A model generated the notes under the pieces. The model was given only the letters and a program-made list of their open reading frames with translations. It was not told the origin of the DNA and made no database searches. A program made the translations under genes and the position numbers. From Mageeibacillus sp. UBA5439 (lineage in GTDB: Bacteria; Bacillota; Clostridia; Saccharofermentanales; DTU023), in contig DIRJ01000047.1 of the NCBI GenBank assembly GCA_002427505.1, forward strand, positions 1 through 40,774: DNA of 40,774 nt, given 5' to 3'. This document shows positions 29,127 through 38,651 of the stretch, piece after piece; positions within the stretch are counted from its first letter, which is position 1, and each line of letters starts with the position of its first letter.

Positions 29127-30164
29127 ATGGACAAAATTAAACTGACATCTATGACTACAGCCGGTGGCTGAGGTTCAAAACTGGGACCGGAGGTCCTCTC
29201 TCAACTGCTGAACAAACTGCCCAAGGTGTACGATGACAGGCTTATAGTCGGTTACGACTCATCAGACGATGCCTCGGTATATTTGGCGCGTGAAGATTTA
29301 GCCATCGTACAAACCGTAGATTTTTTTCCGCCGATTGTTGATGATCCGTATGAGTTCGGGTTAATTGCTGCAGCCAATTCAATCAGCGATATCTACGCTA
29401 TGGGTGCCAAACCCATTACGGCTCTAAACCTGATTATGGTGCCCAGCTGCCTGCCCCTGGATGTCGTTCGTGAAATTTTGCGTGGCGGTGCTGACAAGGC
29501 TTTCGAAGCAGGCTTGATTATTGCCGGAGGACATTCCATTGAGGATGAAGAACCCAAGTTCGGCATGTCCGTCATGGGCCTGGCCCACCCTGATGATCTC
29601 TGGCACAATGATACGCCACGCATCGGAGATGTTCTGCTGCTCACCAAGCCGTTGGGAACCGGTTGTCTTACCACAGCCATGAAAGTGGAGCTTGTTGCGA
29701 AAGAGACGGAAGAGCTGGTAATTGCTACCATGGCACGACTGAATAAAAACGGCTTTGAGGCTGCCCGCTTCATCGATGTCTCTGCTGCCACCGATGTTAC
29801 AGGGTTTGGACTCCTGGGTCACGCTGCTGAAATGGCAGGCCAGGAAAAACGCTGCACGATATTGCTTGACAGCAAGAAATTGCCCTTTCTTCCGGAAGCA
29901 GTAGATCAGGCTGCAGGCGGTATTTTACCGGCCGGCGCCTACAAGAACAGGTCTTTTGTGGGCGAAAAGGTGAAGTTTGATGATTCGGTGCCACTGGAAA
30001 TTACAGACCTGATGTTTGATCCCCAAACTTCGGGCGGGCTTCTGCTGGCGATGCCGGAAGCTGATGTTTCCGAATATCTGGCTGAGATGGAAAAGCGCGG
30101 CGAAACTGCCTCAGTCATCGGTGAAGTGACGGAGTTCAGAACTCACCCGCTGGAAGTCAGCTGA
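29127..30164 (+). CDS. selD: Selenide, water dikinase (selenophosphate synthetase), Sec at residue 15
   Basis: MDKIKLTSMTTAGG-U(TGA 29169-29171)-GSKLGP is in frame with the track ORF at 29226. Motifs DDA, QTVDFF, AANSISD, GGHS, TDVTGFG, DPQTSGGLL. Confidence 0.96.
29169..29203 (+). promoter_or_regulatory. Bacterial SECIS element of selD
   Basis: GGGACC-GGA-GGTCCT hairpin starts 11 nt after UGA with G in the loop; lower stem TGAGG/TCTCA. Confidence 0.75.
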
Positions 30165-30171
30165 GAGTAAA

Positions 30172-31338
30172 CTAGCCTGTCTCGACAATCGATTGCAGAA
30201 TATCGGCTACCTGATCAATATCCGACAGACTGTGATTGTAAGCAAAAGAAAAGCGCACCGTACCCTCGGGATAGGAGGCAATTGTCTGGTGAGCCCGGGG
30301 GGCGCAATGCAGACCAACGCGCGTCAGCACACCTGCTTCTGCCAGGCGCTGTGACAGTTCTGACGGATCCATGCCCTCCGCCTGTACAGAAACCACTGCC
30401 ACCCTTCCTTCCCTGTCTTCAGGATCAGAAATGCCAAAAACACGGACCTGGGGTATTTCATTCACACGCTGCAAAAACCGGGCAGTAAGATCAGCTTTAT
30501 GCTGGTGAATATTAAATAAACCTGTCTCTTCTATCCAGTCCAGTGCAACACTCAAACCTGCAATCGCCGGCAAGGCTAAGGTTCCGGCCTCCAGACGATC
30601 CGGCAAGGGTTCCGGCATCGTTTCCAGATGTGAGAAACTCCCGGTTCCCCCGCAAATCACAGCTTGTATCAATTCTGCAGCCGGGTCAGACAGTAACAAA
30701 GCACCAACACCTTGTGGCCCCAACAGGCCCTTATGTCCGGTGATAGCCAAAGCATCAATATGATCCTCAAGCATTGAAATCGGGACTGTTCCTGCAGCCT
30801 GAGCGCTGTCTACAGCAAAGAGTATGCCCTTTTCCCGGCAAATATTGCCGATATCTCTTAGGGGCAGGCGGGTTCCGGCCACATTTGAAGCCGCAGTAAC
30901 TATAACTAATTTGGTCTGCGGCCTGATCAGATCTACGATTTTTTCAGGATCAAGCTGACCCTCTTTATTGGCCATAGCCAGTGAAAAATCAATCCTGCTT
31001 TCGTCTCGCAGCTGAGTCAGTGGTCTGACCACGGCATTATGTTCCATGGAACTAGTGATGACGTGGTCTCCTTTTTTCAATATCCCATATAAGAGGACAT
31101 TCAGAGCCAGAGTCACACCGGAACTGAATGTAACATTCTTCAGTCTGGGAGCATCAAACATATCGCTCAGCTGCTCCCGTGTCCGGTAAAGCATTGCTTC
31201 AGTGTCAAAGGCACCGGCATAAATTCCCCGGGATGCATTAAAGGCTCCGGCATCAATAAAACGCATCATGGCTTCGCCCACACCCGGTGCTTTTGGAGAA
31301 GCTGTACTGGCCTGATCGGTATTAATAAAAAATCCCAC
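30172..31338 (-). CDS. Class V PLP enzyme, cysteine desulfurase / selenocysteine lyase-like
   Basis: MEHNAV, DSAQ, TGHKGLLGPQG (PLP Lys), EAGT, RVGLHCAP (group II catalytic Cys). GTG after AGGAG. Confidence 0.92.
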   Translation of the reverse strand: MGFFINTDQASTASPKAPGVGEAMMRFIDAGAFNASRGIYAGAFDTEAMLYRTREQLSDMFDAPRLKNVTFSSGVTLALNVLLYGILKKGDHVITSSMEHNAVVRPLTQLRDESRIDFSLAMANKEGQLDPEKIVDLIRPQTKLVIVTAASNVAGTRLPLRDIGNICREKGILFAVDSAQAAGTVPISMLEDHIDALAITGHKGLLGPQGVGALLLSDPAAELIQAVICGGTGSFSHLETMPEPLPDRLEAGTLALPAIAGLSVALDWIEETGLFNIHQHKADLTARFLQRVNEIPQVRVFGISDPEDREGRVAVVSVQAEGMDPSELSQRLAEAGVLTRVGLHCAPRAHQTIASYPEGTVRFSFAYNHSLSDIDQVADILQSIVETG

Positions 31339-31357
31339 TGGAAATCTCCTCGACTAT

Positions 31358-31380
31358 CTTTATCGGCTTATCCTATAAAG
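31358..31380. promoter_or_regulatory. Candidate LysR operator in the divergent lyase/yedE promoter region
   Basis: CTTTAT-N11-ATAAAG inverted repeat, a T-N11-A box. Confidence 0.55.
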
Positions 31381-31492
31381 CCCTGTTTGAATTTGTTGAT
31401 TGTATACTATGCTTGCTTAACGTACAAGGCAAATTTGATTTTCAAATACTATGTCCGCCTGCACGTTAACAAATTTATTATAGGAGAAAAAT

Positions 31493-32554
31493 ATGAAGAA
31501 GAAAAACTTGATTCTGGTAGTAGTAACCGGTTTGGCTCTGGGTGCTGCCGGAGTTGGCCTCATGCTGCTGGGCAACCCGGGCAATATGGGTTTCTGTATT
31601 GCTTGTTTTATCCGTGACACTGCCGGCGCCCTTAAATTACACACAGCGGGTGTTGTACAATATGTCCGTCCGGAAATTATCGGCCTGATACTGGGCGCAT
31701 TTCTGATTTCTATAGTGAAAAAAGAATTCAAGCCCAGAGGCGGATCAGCTCCTCTGACACGCTTTATGCTTGGCTTTTTTGTCATGATCTCAGCTCTGGT
31801 TTTCCTGGGCTGCCCCTTGCGCATGGTTCTGCGGATGGCTGCAGGTGACCTGAATGCCTGGGTTGGTTTGATCGGATTTATCGTCGGTGTGTTTGTCGGA
31901 GTGCAATTTCTTAAGAATGGTTACTCACTTGGCCGTACCTATAAGAAAAATGTTTTAGAAGGACTGGCCATGCCTGCAATCCAGGTCGTTTTACTGATTG
32001 CACTGATAGCTGGTGGTAGTTTACTGGCAGTCTCAACTGAGGGGCCGGGATCTATGCAGGCCCCGATTTGGATCGCCTTGCTGCTCGCTCTGGTAATCGG
32101 TGTCCTGGCTCAGCGTTCACGTCTCTGCCAGATGGGCGGATTCCGCGACTTGATCATGCTGAAAGACCCCCACCTTTTCTGGGGCGGTCTGGCAATTTTT
32201 GTAGCAGCACTGATCTTTAACCTTGCCGCAAGCAAATTCAACCTCAGCTTTGCAGATCAGCCGATTGCTCATACCGAGTGGCTCTGGAACTTACTGCCCA
32301 TGGTAGGTGTCGGATTCGGTTCTGTCCTGCTGGGTGGCTGTCCCATGCGTCAGCTCGTCCTGAGCGGAACCGGTAATATCGATTCCACCATTACCTTGAT
32401 CGGCTTCCTGGTCGGCGCAGCCTTCTCACATAACTTCTCGCTGGCTTCGAGTGCTGCAGGTTCAACCCCGGGCGGAAGGATCGCCACGATTGTATCATTG
32501 GTCGTAATGCTGATAATCGGTTTTGCCTACAGCAAAAAAAGCGCAAACGCCTAA
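31493..32554 (+). CDS. yedE: YedE/YeeE-family putative selenium transporter
   Basis: GNPGNMGFCIACFIRD, LGCP, QRSRLC, LGGCP; multiple TMs. Confidence 0.92.
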   Translation: MKKKNLILVVVTGLALGAAGVGLMLLGNPGNMGFCIACFIRDTAGALKLHTAGVVQYVRPEIIGLILGAFLISIVKKEFKPRGGSAPLTRFMLGFFVMISALVFLGCPLRMVLRMAAGDLNAWVGLIGFIVGVFVGVQFLKNGYSLGRTYKKNVLEGLAMPAIQVVLLIALIAGGSLLAVSTEGPGSMQAPIWIALLLALVIGVLAQRSRLCQMGGFRDLIMLKDPHLFWGGLAIFVAALIFNLAASKFNLSFADQPIAHTEWLWNLLPMVGVGFGSVLLGGCPMRQLVLSGTGNIDSTITLIGFLVGAAFSHNFSLASSAAGSTPGGRIATIVSLVVMLIIGFAYSKKSANA

Positions 32555-32602
32555 GAAATAAAAGCAAGATCTTTAGTAGCATATTAAGGAAAGGTTTAGT
32601 AA

Positions 32603-32809
32603 ATGAAAACAGTTGATGCACGCGGACTATCTTGTCCTGAACCTGTATTTTTAACAAAGAAGGCTATGGAAGCGGGCGAATATCCTTTTGCAGTGCTCGT
32701 AGATGATATGACTCCACTGGAAAACATTAAGCGTTTCGCAAATCAGAATAAGCAAACTATCACAGTTGATGAAGCTGATGGTGAATACACTATCACTTTC
32801 ATGAAATAA
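32603..32809 (+). CDS. yedF: TusA/SirA-like (YedF) sulfur/selenium carrier
   Basis: VDARGLSCPEP motif, 68 aa. Confidence 0.9.
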   Translation: MKTVDARGLSCPEPVFLTKKAMEAGEYPFAVLVDDMTPLENIKRFANQNKQTITVDEADGEYTITFMK

Positions 32810-32836
32810 GATAGACCTGACACACGGCTGGGCAGG

Positions 32837-32865
32837 TTGACAAGTTCTATCAGCCTGCCCACAAT
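32837..32865 (+). promoter_or_regulatory. Candidate internal promoter of the DUF3343 gene
   Basis: TTGACA-N17-CACAAT, 7 nt before ATG 32873, inside a 12-bp inverted repeat (32829-32861). Confidence 0.5.
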
Positions 32866-32872
32866 GTAGCTT

Positions 32873-33112
32873 ATGAAATATATTGCGACTTTTTATACAC
32901 ATTTCGGTGCTTTCAGCTTTCACAAGCGCTTAGAGAGACTTGGCGATAAATCCGTCAAGTTAATTGCTGCTCCGAGAAAAATCAGCGTTTCCTGCGGGAC
33001 AGCAGTCAGTTTTTCTCAGGATTTTGCTGCTGAAACCATGGCTGACGAAGATACCGAAGCAGTTTATCTGGTTACGGATGATGGTTTCACTTTGATTTAT
33101 CACAACGAGTAG
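32873..33112 (+). CDS. DUF3343-family putative Se/S carrier
   Basis: IATFYTHFGA..PRKISVSCG pattern; yedEF context. Confidence 0.82.
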   Translation: MKYIATFYTHFGAFSFHKRLERLGDKSVKLIAAPRKISVSCGTAVSFSQDFAAETMADEDTEAVYLVTDDGFTLIYHNE

Positions 33113-33247
33113 TTTAGCTAACATTTTCTCAACTCCGATTTTTTCGGTTTCTTTTATTTATGCGCGATTTCAGCGGATTATCAGTCAGTATTTGATACAA
33201 TGTAAAGCAAGTAATTTTCAGGCATTCTTAACTACAGAGGAGTTAAT

Positions 33248-34642
33248 ATGACGATAATTAATACCCCACGTGACTTACCTCAGCTGGACGAGTTCATTGA
33301 ATTGGACGAATTGCGGGAAATGCAGCTCCGCTACGGGCGTGCTCCCCTGGTCGAGGCTTGCCGCGTCTGCATTGACGACCTGCGTCAGAGGCTCTTGAAG
33401 GGATCTGCTCCTGAGACTCTTGACTCTTTAGTGTCAGCAGTCACGGATCAGCTGAAAAAAACACAAAGCCCAAAACTAAGGCGGGTTTTAAATGCCACCG
33501 GAACTATCCTGCACACGAATCTGGGACGGGCCCCCCTGGCTAAAGCTGCGGTCGATGCCGTCTGCGAAATCGCCTCCTCCTACAGTAATCTGGAATATAA
33601 TCTGGAGCTGGGGAAACGTGGCTACCGCACCAGCAATATTGAAGAGAGGATGCAGGAAATATTCGGCGTGGAAGCCGCTGTTGTCGTTAATAATAACGCG
33701 GCAGCTGTTATGCTTACGCTGGCAGCTCTGGCACGGGGCAAAGAAGTTATCGTGTCCCGCGGTGAACTGGTTGAAATCGGTGGTTCTTTTCGCATTCCGG
33801 AAATAATGAGTGAAAGCGGAGCCAGACTTGTAGAAGTCGGCACAACTAATAAAACTCATCTTCATGACTATCGCAAGGCGATTACTGAGGAAAGTGGCGC
33901 ACTGCTCAAAGTGCATCGCAGCAATTTTCTGATAGAAGGCTTTACCTCTGAAGTATCTATCGGAGATTTACGTCCTGTGGCGGAAGAATCAGGACTGCCG
34001 CTAATCTACGATTTGGGCAGCGGTTCCTTCTCTGACAGTCTGACCGGCGTCTTGCCGGAAGAACCCACCATCAAGCAAGCTCTTGCCGCAGGAGCGGACC
34101 TCATTCTTTTCTCCGGTGATAAACTCTTTGGCGGTCCCCAGGCCGGCTTTATTTTGGGTCGTGCAGACCTGATAGCCAAAATAAAATATCACCCCCTGCT
34201 GCGTCCTTTGCGCATCGATAAGATGACTCTGGCTGCTTTGGAGGCCACTCTCCTCCTCTACTCTGATCCTGACAGGGCCAGAAAAAACATTCCTCTCCTG
34301 CAGATGACTCTGATAGATTTTGCTGAGTTAAAAGAACGCAGTTCGCGTCTGCTGGAGTCCCTTCAAGCTCACGGAATCAATGCTGTGCTTGAAGAGAGTG
34401 ATGCTGTTCTGGGAGGCGGATCCTCACCGGGTGTAAAACTTAATTCCTGCAATATTGTTGTGACCCCGGCCAGCGGCCAGTCAGCACAAGCACTGGACGT
34501 CAGGCTTCATCAGGCGAACCCTCCGGTTATTTCCAGAATCGTACGTGATCGTCTGCACTTTGATCTCCGTACAATAAAAGCCGAAGAAGATAGTGAATTG
34601 AGCACTATCCTTATTTCAATCTTGAAAAAGGATCAGATATGA
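33248..34642 (+). CDS. selA: L-seryl-tRNA(Sec) selenium transferase
   Basis: NATGTILHTNLGRAP, VNNNAAA, SRGELVEIGGSFRIP, FSGDKLFGGPQAG. Confidence 0.98.
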   Translation: MTIINTPRDLPQLDEFIELDELREMQLRYGRAPLVEACRVCIDDLRQRLLKGSAPETLDSLVSAVTDQLKKTQSPKLRRVLNATGTILHTNLGRAPLAKAAVDAVCEIASSYSNLEYNLELGKRGYRTSNIEERMQEIFGVEAAVVVNNNAAAVMLTLAALARGKEVIVSRGELVEIGGSFRIPEIMSESGARLVEVGTTNKTHLHDYRKAITEESGALLKVHRSNFLIEGFTSEVSIGDLRPVAEESGLPLIYDLGSGSFSDSLTGVLPEEPTIKQALAAGADLILFSGDKLFGGPQAGFILGRADLIAKIKYHPLLRPLRIDKMTLAALEATLLLYSDPDRARKNIPLLQMTLIDFAELKERSSRLLESLQAHGINAVLEESDAVLGGGSSPGVKLNSCNIVVTPASGQSAQALDVRLHQANPPVISRIVRDRLHFDLRTIKAEEDSELSTILISILKKDQI

Positions 34643-36537
34643 GCAATCACGTAATCATTGGCACAGCCGGTCACGTTGATCACGGCAAAACCTCATTAAT
34701 TAATGCTCTGACGCATATCGAAACTGACCGCCTGCGCGAAGAAAAAGCGCGCGGTATCACCATCGAGCTGGGTTTTGCCTATCTTGATCTGCCTGACGGC
34801 AGACGCGCCGGTATTATCGATGTCCCCGGGCACGAGCGCTTCGTCAGCAATATGCTGGCAGGTGCCGGCGGCATCGATGTAGCCCTTCTGGTTGTGGCAG
34901 CAGATGAAGGGGTCATGCCGCAGACCTTGGAGCACCTGGGAATTTTGCAGCTTTTAGGTATAAAACAGGGCGTAATTGCTCTTACTAAGGTAGATCTGGT
35001 GGATGAAGAATGGCTGGAGCTGGCAGAAGAAGACTTGCGGGAACACATTGCCGGCAGTTTTCTTGAAGATGCTCCGATTTTCCACGTCTCTTCCTACAGC
35101 GGCCTGGGGATACAGGAACTGCGGGAAGCATTATTTCAAGCAGTCAATGATGCTGATAACAAGAAACTTTCAGTAGCTTTCCGGCTGCCAATAGACCGTG
35201 TATTCACCCTGAGCGGCATAGGCACTGTAGTCACAGGAACCCTGATCGAAGGCAAGCTTGCCGCCGGCGACGAGGTTGAGCTTTATCCCCGGGAGGAAAC
35301 AGTGCGCATTCGTTCCGTCCAGGTCCACGATGAAGCTGTTGAAGCAGCAGAGGCCGGTCAAAGGGTAGCGCTTAATCTCTCCGGCACCAAAAAAGATGAA
35401 GTGGAACGCGGAGATATTCTGGCTGCAAGCGGCTCCCTCCGCCCTAGCTATATACTGGACGTCGACCTGAGATCCTTAAAGCACAGTCGCTTTCAGATAG
35501 AAAACGGCATGCGGGTACACTTATATCACGCTTCCAGGGAATTACTGGCCCGGGTGGTCCTGCTTGACCGGGATGTGATAGAAAAGGGCGACAGCGCTCC
35601 GGCTCAATTGCGCCTGGAAGAGCAGACATATATCAAGCAGGGTGATCATTTCGTCGTCCGCTTTTACTCTCCTGTGGAGACCATAGGCGGCGGCATCGTC
35701 CTTGATCCTATTGCCAACAAACGAAAGCGCTACGAAGATCTGGATGACTTTGAAATCCTGCGGAGCAGCGATGCTGCAGCAAGACTGGATCTGGCACTGG
35801 AAAGCAGTGGCCTGCGCTTTAAAGCTCTGAACGAAATCTACTACCGTGCCGGACTTATTTCAGCAGACGGCAAGGAGTATCTGCAGGAATTGATCGGCAA
35901 GGGACGCGCCTTACAGCTGAACGATCAGACAGTACTGCATATTTCCGCTATGGAAGCTCTAGCGGCTAAATGTGATGAGATCCTGCAGAAATTCCATCAG
36001 GATTTTCCGCTGGAACAGGGCATGAAGCGCGAGTCACTTCGCACCCGCCTCTTAGCCCGGGCTCCCATCCAGCTTTCCGACCGGGTCATCGATGAACTGA
36101 TTAAGCTGGGATATATCGAAGACAGGGCCGGCGATATTGCCCTGAGAAACCATTCTGCCGATTTATCAACCCGCGAACAGCAGCTGGTTGAAGAACTCAG
36201 CGCCCGCTTTGAAGCTGAAGCCTTCTCTCCCAGCGCAACAGACGAACTGATAGCTGAATACAGCAAAAAAGATAAGCTTGATCAAATTCTATCGCGGATG
36301 GTAAACGACGGCATTCTGATTCGCCTGACAGATCAGATCCTGATGCACCACAAAGCTGTCGAAAAGGCTCTGGCACAGGTAAAGAAAGATATCGGTGAGC
36401 GTGGATCCGTCACACTCGCCGACTTTCGGGATGAAATCGGAAGCAGCAGAAAGTTTGCCATTGCAATCCTGGAGTACTTTGACCGCATGAAAATTACCCA
36501 GCTAAGCGGTGATGCCAGAGTTTTACTTGGCAACTAG
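34639..36537 (+). CDS. selB: Selenocysteine-specific elongation factor
   Basis: [29 protein letters not shown]-terminal winged helix [17 protein letters not shown] overlap with selA. Confidence 0.98.
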   Translation: MSNHVIIGTAGHVDHGKTSLINALTHIETDRLREEKARGITIELGFAYLDLPDGRRAGIIDVPGHERFVSNMLAGAGGIDVALLVVAADEGVMPQTLEHLGILQLLGIKQGVIALTKVDLVDEEWLELAEEDLREHIAGSFLEDAPIFHVSSYSGLGIQELREALFQAVNDADNKKLSVAFRLPIDRVFTLSGIGTVVTGTLIEGKLAAGDEVELYPREETVRIRSVQVHDEAVEAAEAGQRVALNLSGTKKDEVERGDILAASGSLRPSYILDVDLRSLKHSRFQIENGMRVHLYHASRELLARVVLLDRDVIEKGDSAPAQLRLEEQTYIKQGDHFVVRFYSPVETIGGGIVLDPIANKRKRYEDLDDFEILRSSDAAARLDLALESSGLRFKALNEIYYRAGLISADGKEYLQELIGKGRALQLNDQTVLHISAMEALAAKCDEILQKFHQDFPLEQGMKRESLRTRLLARAPIQLSDRVIDELIKLGYIEDRAGDIALRNHSADLSTREQQLVEELSARFEAEAFSPSATDELIAEYSKKDKLDQILSRMVNDGILIRLTDQILMHHKAVEKALAQVKKDIGERGSVTLADFRDEIGSSRKFAIAILEYFDRMKITQLSGDARVLLGN

Positions 36538-37425
36538 GTTTTTTACAGTATATTTTTTAACCAGCCATACAGGATTGTAAGAGAGCTTCGACTTGCGTAA
36601 ACCCGGGTCTCCGGCATCATCTTCCCTGTTGACATAGATGACGTTTTCATTGGTGAATTCACGCACAAAACTGGTCATCAGCACCTGATAGGCGCCGCGG
36701 TAGTTAGTATTCGCCTTCTCCACATGCACGTAAAGCGTATCACCATCATATTCCCCTAAAGAAAATCCGGCAATAACATCATCTTCAGCGTACAGAACGG
36801 CACCAAAGGCACGATAAAGTTCCATGTTGTCCAGGACTTCGTGTATTTTGGCTGCCTCCTCCAGAGTAATTTCATCCGCTTCAGTTTCATTTTCGACATA
36901 ACGGTCCAAAAATGTGTGCAGGTCAGAGATTATTTTTTCATCAATAACGTGAAAACTATTATTGGGAAAGAGCCTGTTGAAACGACTGATATTATTTCTG
37001 GTCGACCGGTGTTTTTTCCCCTTAAGTTCCAGAAGTTCTTTTGCTTCATAGAGATAATCAAAGTAATCTCTCTCTTCAGATATGTCCATCCCGGCATAAT
37101 GGCTTTCCAAAACAGGCAAGTCAGCTTCGCCGGTGATGGCGTACTGCAATTGTCCCTTGTGCCTGCAGGAAGCACAGAATTCGTCAATCAGACGCATACC
37201 TTCTTCCCGGTCACCTCCCAGTGGAACAGTAAAGGCACATTCATCATCAAATATGCGCATACGAAAGATGAGATTTCCTGCAGCTAAAGCATACTCATAC
37301 TTAAAGGCATCCCTCCAAATGTAGGTACCACCAATGGTCCAGTCGCAGAGTCTTTGAGGATGCAAGGCCAAATATGGAGCTATTACTGGAATAGTATCGA
37401 GTGTTAGTTTTTTAAATTCAAGCAT
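36523..37425 (-). CDS. DUF2156 protein (MprF/aaPG-synthase catalytic-domain-like, no flippase)
   Basis: DYLY..L.GKK..RN, HVEKA, YVNREDDAGDPGLRKSKLSYNP. Confidence 0.88.
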   Translation of the reverse strand: MLEFKKLTLDTIPVIAPYLALHPQRLCDWTIGGTYIWRDAFKYEYALAAGNLIFRMRIFDDECAFTVPLGGDREEGMRLIDEFCASCRHKGQLQYAITGEADLPVLESHYAGMDISEERDYFDYLYEAKELLELKGKKHRSTRNNISRFNRLFPNNSFHVIDEKIISDLHTFLDRYVENETEADEITLEEAAKIHEVLDNMELYRAFGAVLYAEDDVIAGFSLGEYDGDTLYVHVEKANTNYRGAYQVLMTSFVREFTNENVIYVNREDDAGDPGLRKSKLSYNPVWLVKKYTVKNLVAK

Positions 37426-37434
37426 AATAAACGC

Positions 37435-37474
37435 AAAGAAGGCGAAGTCTCTTTGGGATAAAAAGACTCCGCCT
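37435..37474 (-). terminator. Hairpin/terminator after grdD
   Basis: AGGCGGAGUCUUUUU-AUCCC-AAAGAGACUUCGCCU then UCUUU; its two G-U pairs only form on the minus strand. Confidence 0.7.
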
Positions 37475-37489
37475 GAAATAGTAAAAATA

Positions 37490-38647
37490 CTAGTCTTCGC
37501 TTACATACCCCGCCTTCCGCAGGAGCTCAAGCGCTTTTTCAGAATTAGCTTCTGAAACCAGGACAACCGGTCCGGTACAACCCATACCGCTCCGGGCATA
37601 GATTTTTTCACGCCACAGCTTGTTGACGGCATCATCCAGATCCAAAACTTCAATGCCACTGATCTCGAAGGTCACAACTTCAGTGGGCGGAGCTGCTACT
37701 TCTTCGTCAGTTTCCTGTTTGGCTGACTTGGAGCGGCGTTCTTCAAGAATTTCGGTCAGGCCGGCTTTTCTGGCCAGCTCCATTTCTTTCTTATAGACAT
37801 TGACCAGATCACCTTTAGCCATCGCGGCAGCATAGCGGATGGCGCCGGCAATCAGACTGGAGCCGGAAGCGCGTGAAGCAATCAGCACGATTCCGCTCAT
37901 AGCTTCGCCAACACCAGGGCCATAGCCTTCACCGACAGTCTCATAAGAGCCGCCTGAAGTATAAGCAGACAGCATTTTCACCAGAACATTGCCGGTAAGT
38001 GAATCTGTTACCAGTACATCCTGTGAACCGAGCAAAACATCGTTGCCGCGCATGACGACTCCGCCATCAGCACGTTTGGAGCGTGCAGCCGCTATCGGAT
38101 AGCCATTATCACTGAGTTTTTTCAGTATTATCTCAGTCTGGCGGGCACCATCCAGATTGAGGATGCCCACGCTCGGATTTTCAATGCCGGAGGCCTTGGC
38201 AGTTGCAATACCTGCAATAGCACCTTTGACCATAGCTTCAACACGGTCAGTAGCGGCAGTTCCTGTAGTTGTGGCCAGGAAGTAGCTCTGACCTGTAGCA
38301 GGAGCTACAACCCGGCCTACTGTTGCCACTCCGATCGGGAATGGATAGTGCATCGCGACTGCGGCATCAGCCTTGCCGGCATTAAGCAATTTTTCCATTT
38401 CTTTAAGGCAGTCATCAGCACAGTCCGCATAGACAGTTTCAATGCCTTCAGCCTCGAGAGTTCCGATATAGATAACTTCGATACCGTCACGGGCAGCTTC
38501 TAAACAAGCTGCCATAACATTTTGCTCACCATGTTCTGAGCCAACACCGGGCACTGCGATTTTCACACTTTTGGCGAAAGAACCGCTTTCAATACCCTGG
38601 GCTATTTCCTCAAAGACACTGGCAATTTCCCTTTTAATATCTGTCAT
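37490..38647 (-). CDS. grdD: Glycine/sarcosine/betaine reductase component C, alpha subunit
   Basis: GSEHG, MHYPFPIGVATVGR, RADGGVVMRGND, catalytic SGMGCTGP. Start placed at MTDIKRE. Confidence 0.95.
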   Translation of the reverse strand: MTDIKREIASVFEEIAQGIESGSFAKSVKIAVPGVGSEHGEQNVMAACLEAARDGIEVIYIGTLEAEGIETVYADCADDCLKEMEKLLNAGKADAAVAMHYPFPIGVATVGRVVAPATGQSYFLATTTGTAATDRVEAMVKGAIAGIATAKASGIENPSVGILNLDGARQTEIILKKLSDNGYPIAAARSKRADGGVVMRGNDVLLGSQDVLVTDSLTGNVLVKMLSAYTSGGSYETVGEGYGPGVGEAMSGIVLIASRASGSSLIAGAIRYAAAMAKGDLVNVYKKEMELARKAGLTEILEERRSKSAKQETDEEVAAPPTEVVTFEISGIEVLDLDDAVNKLWREKIYARSGMGCTGPVVLVSEANSEKALELLRKAGYVSED

Positions 38648-38651
38648 AAAA

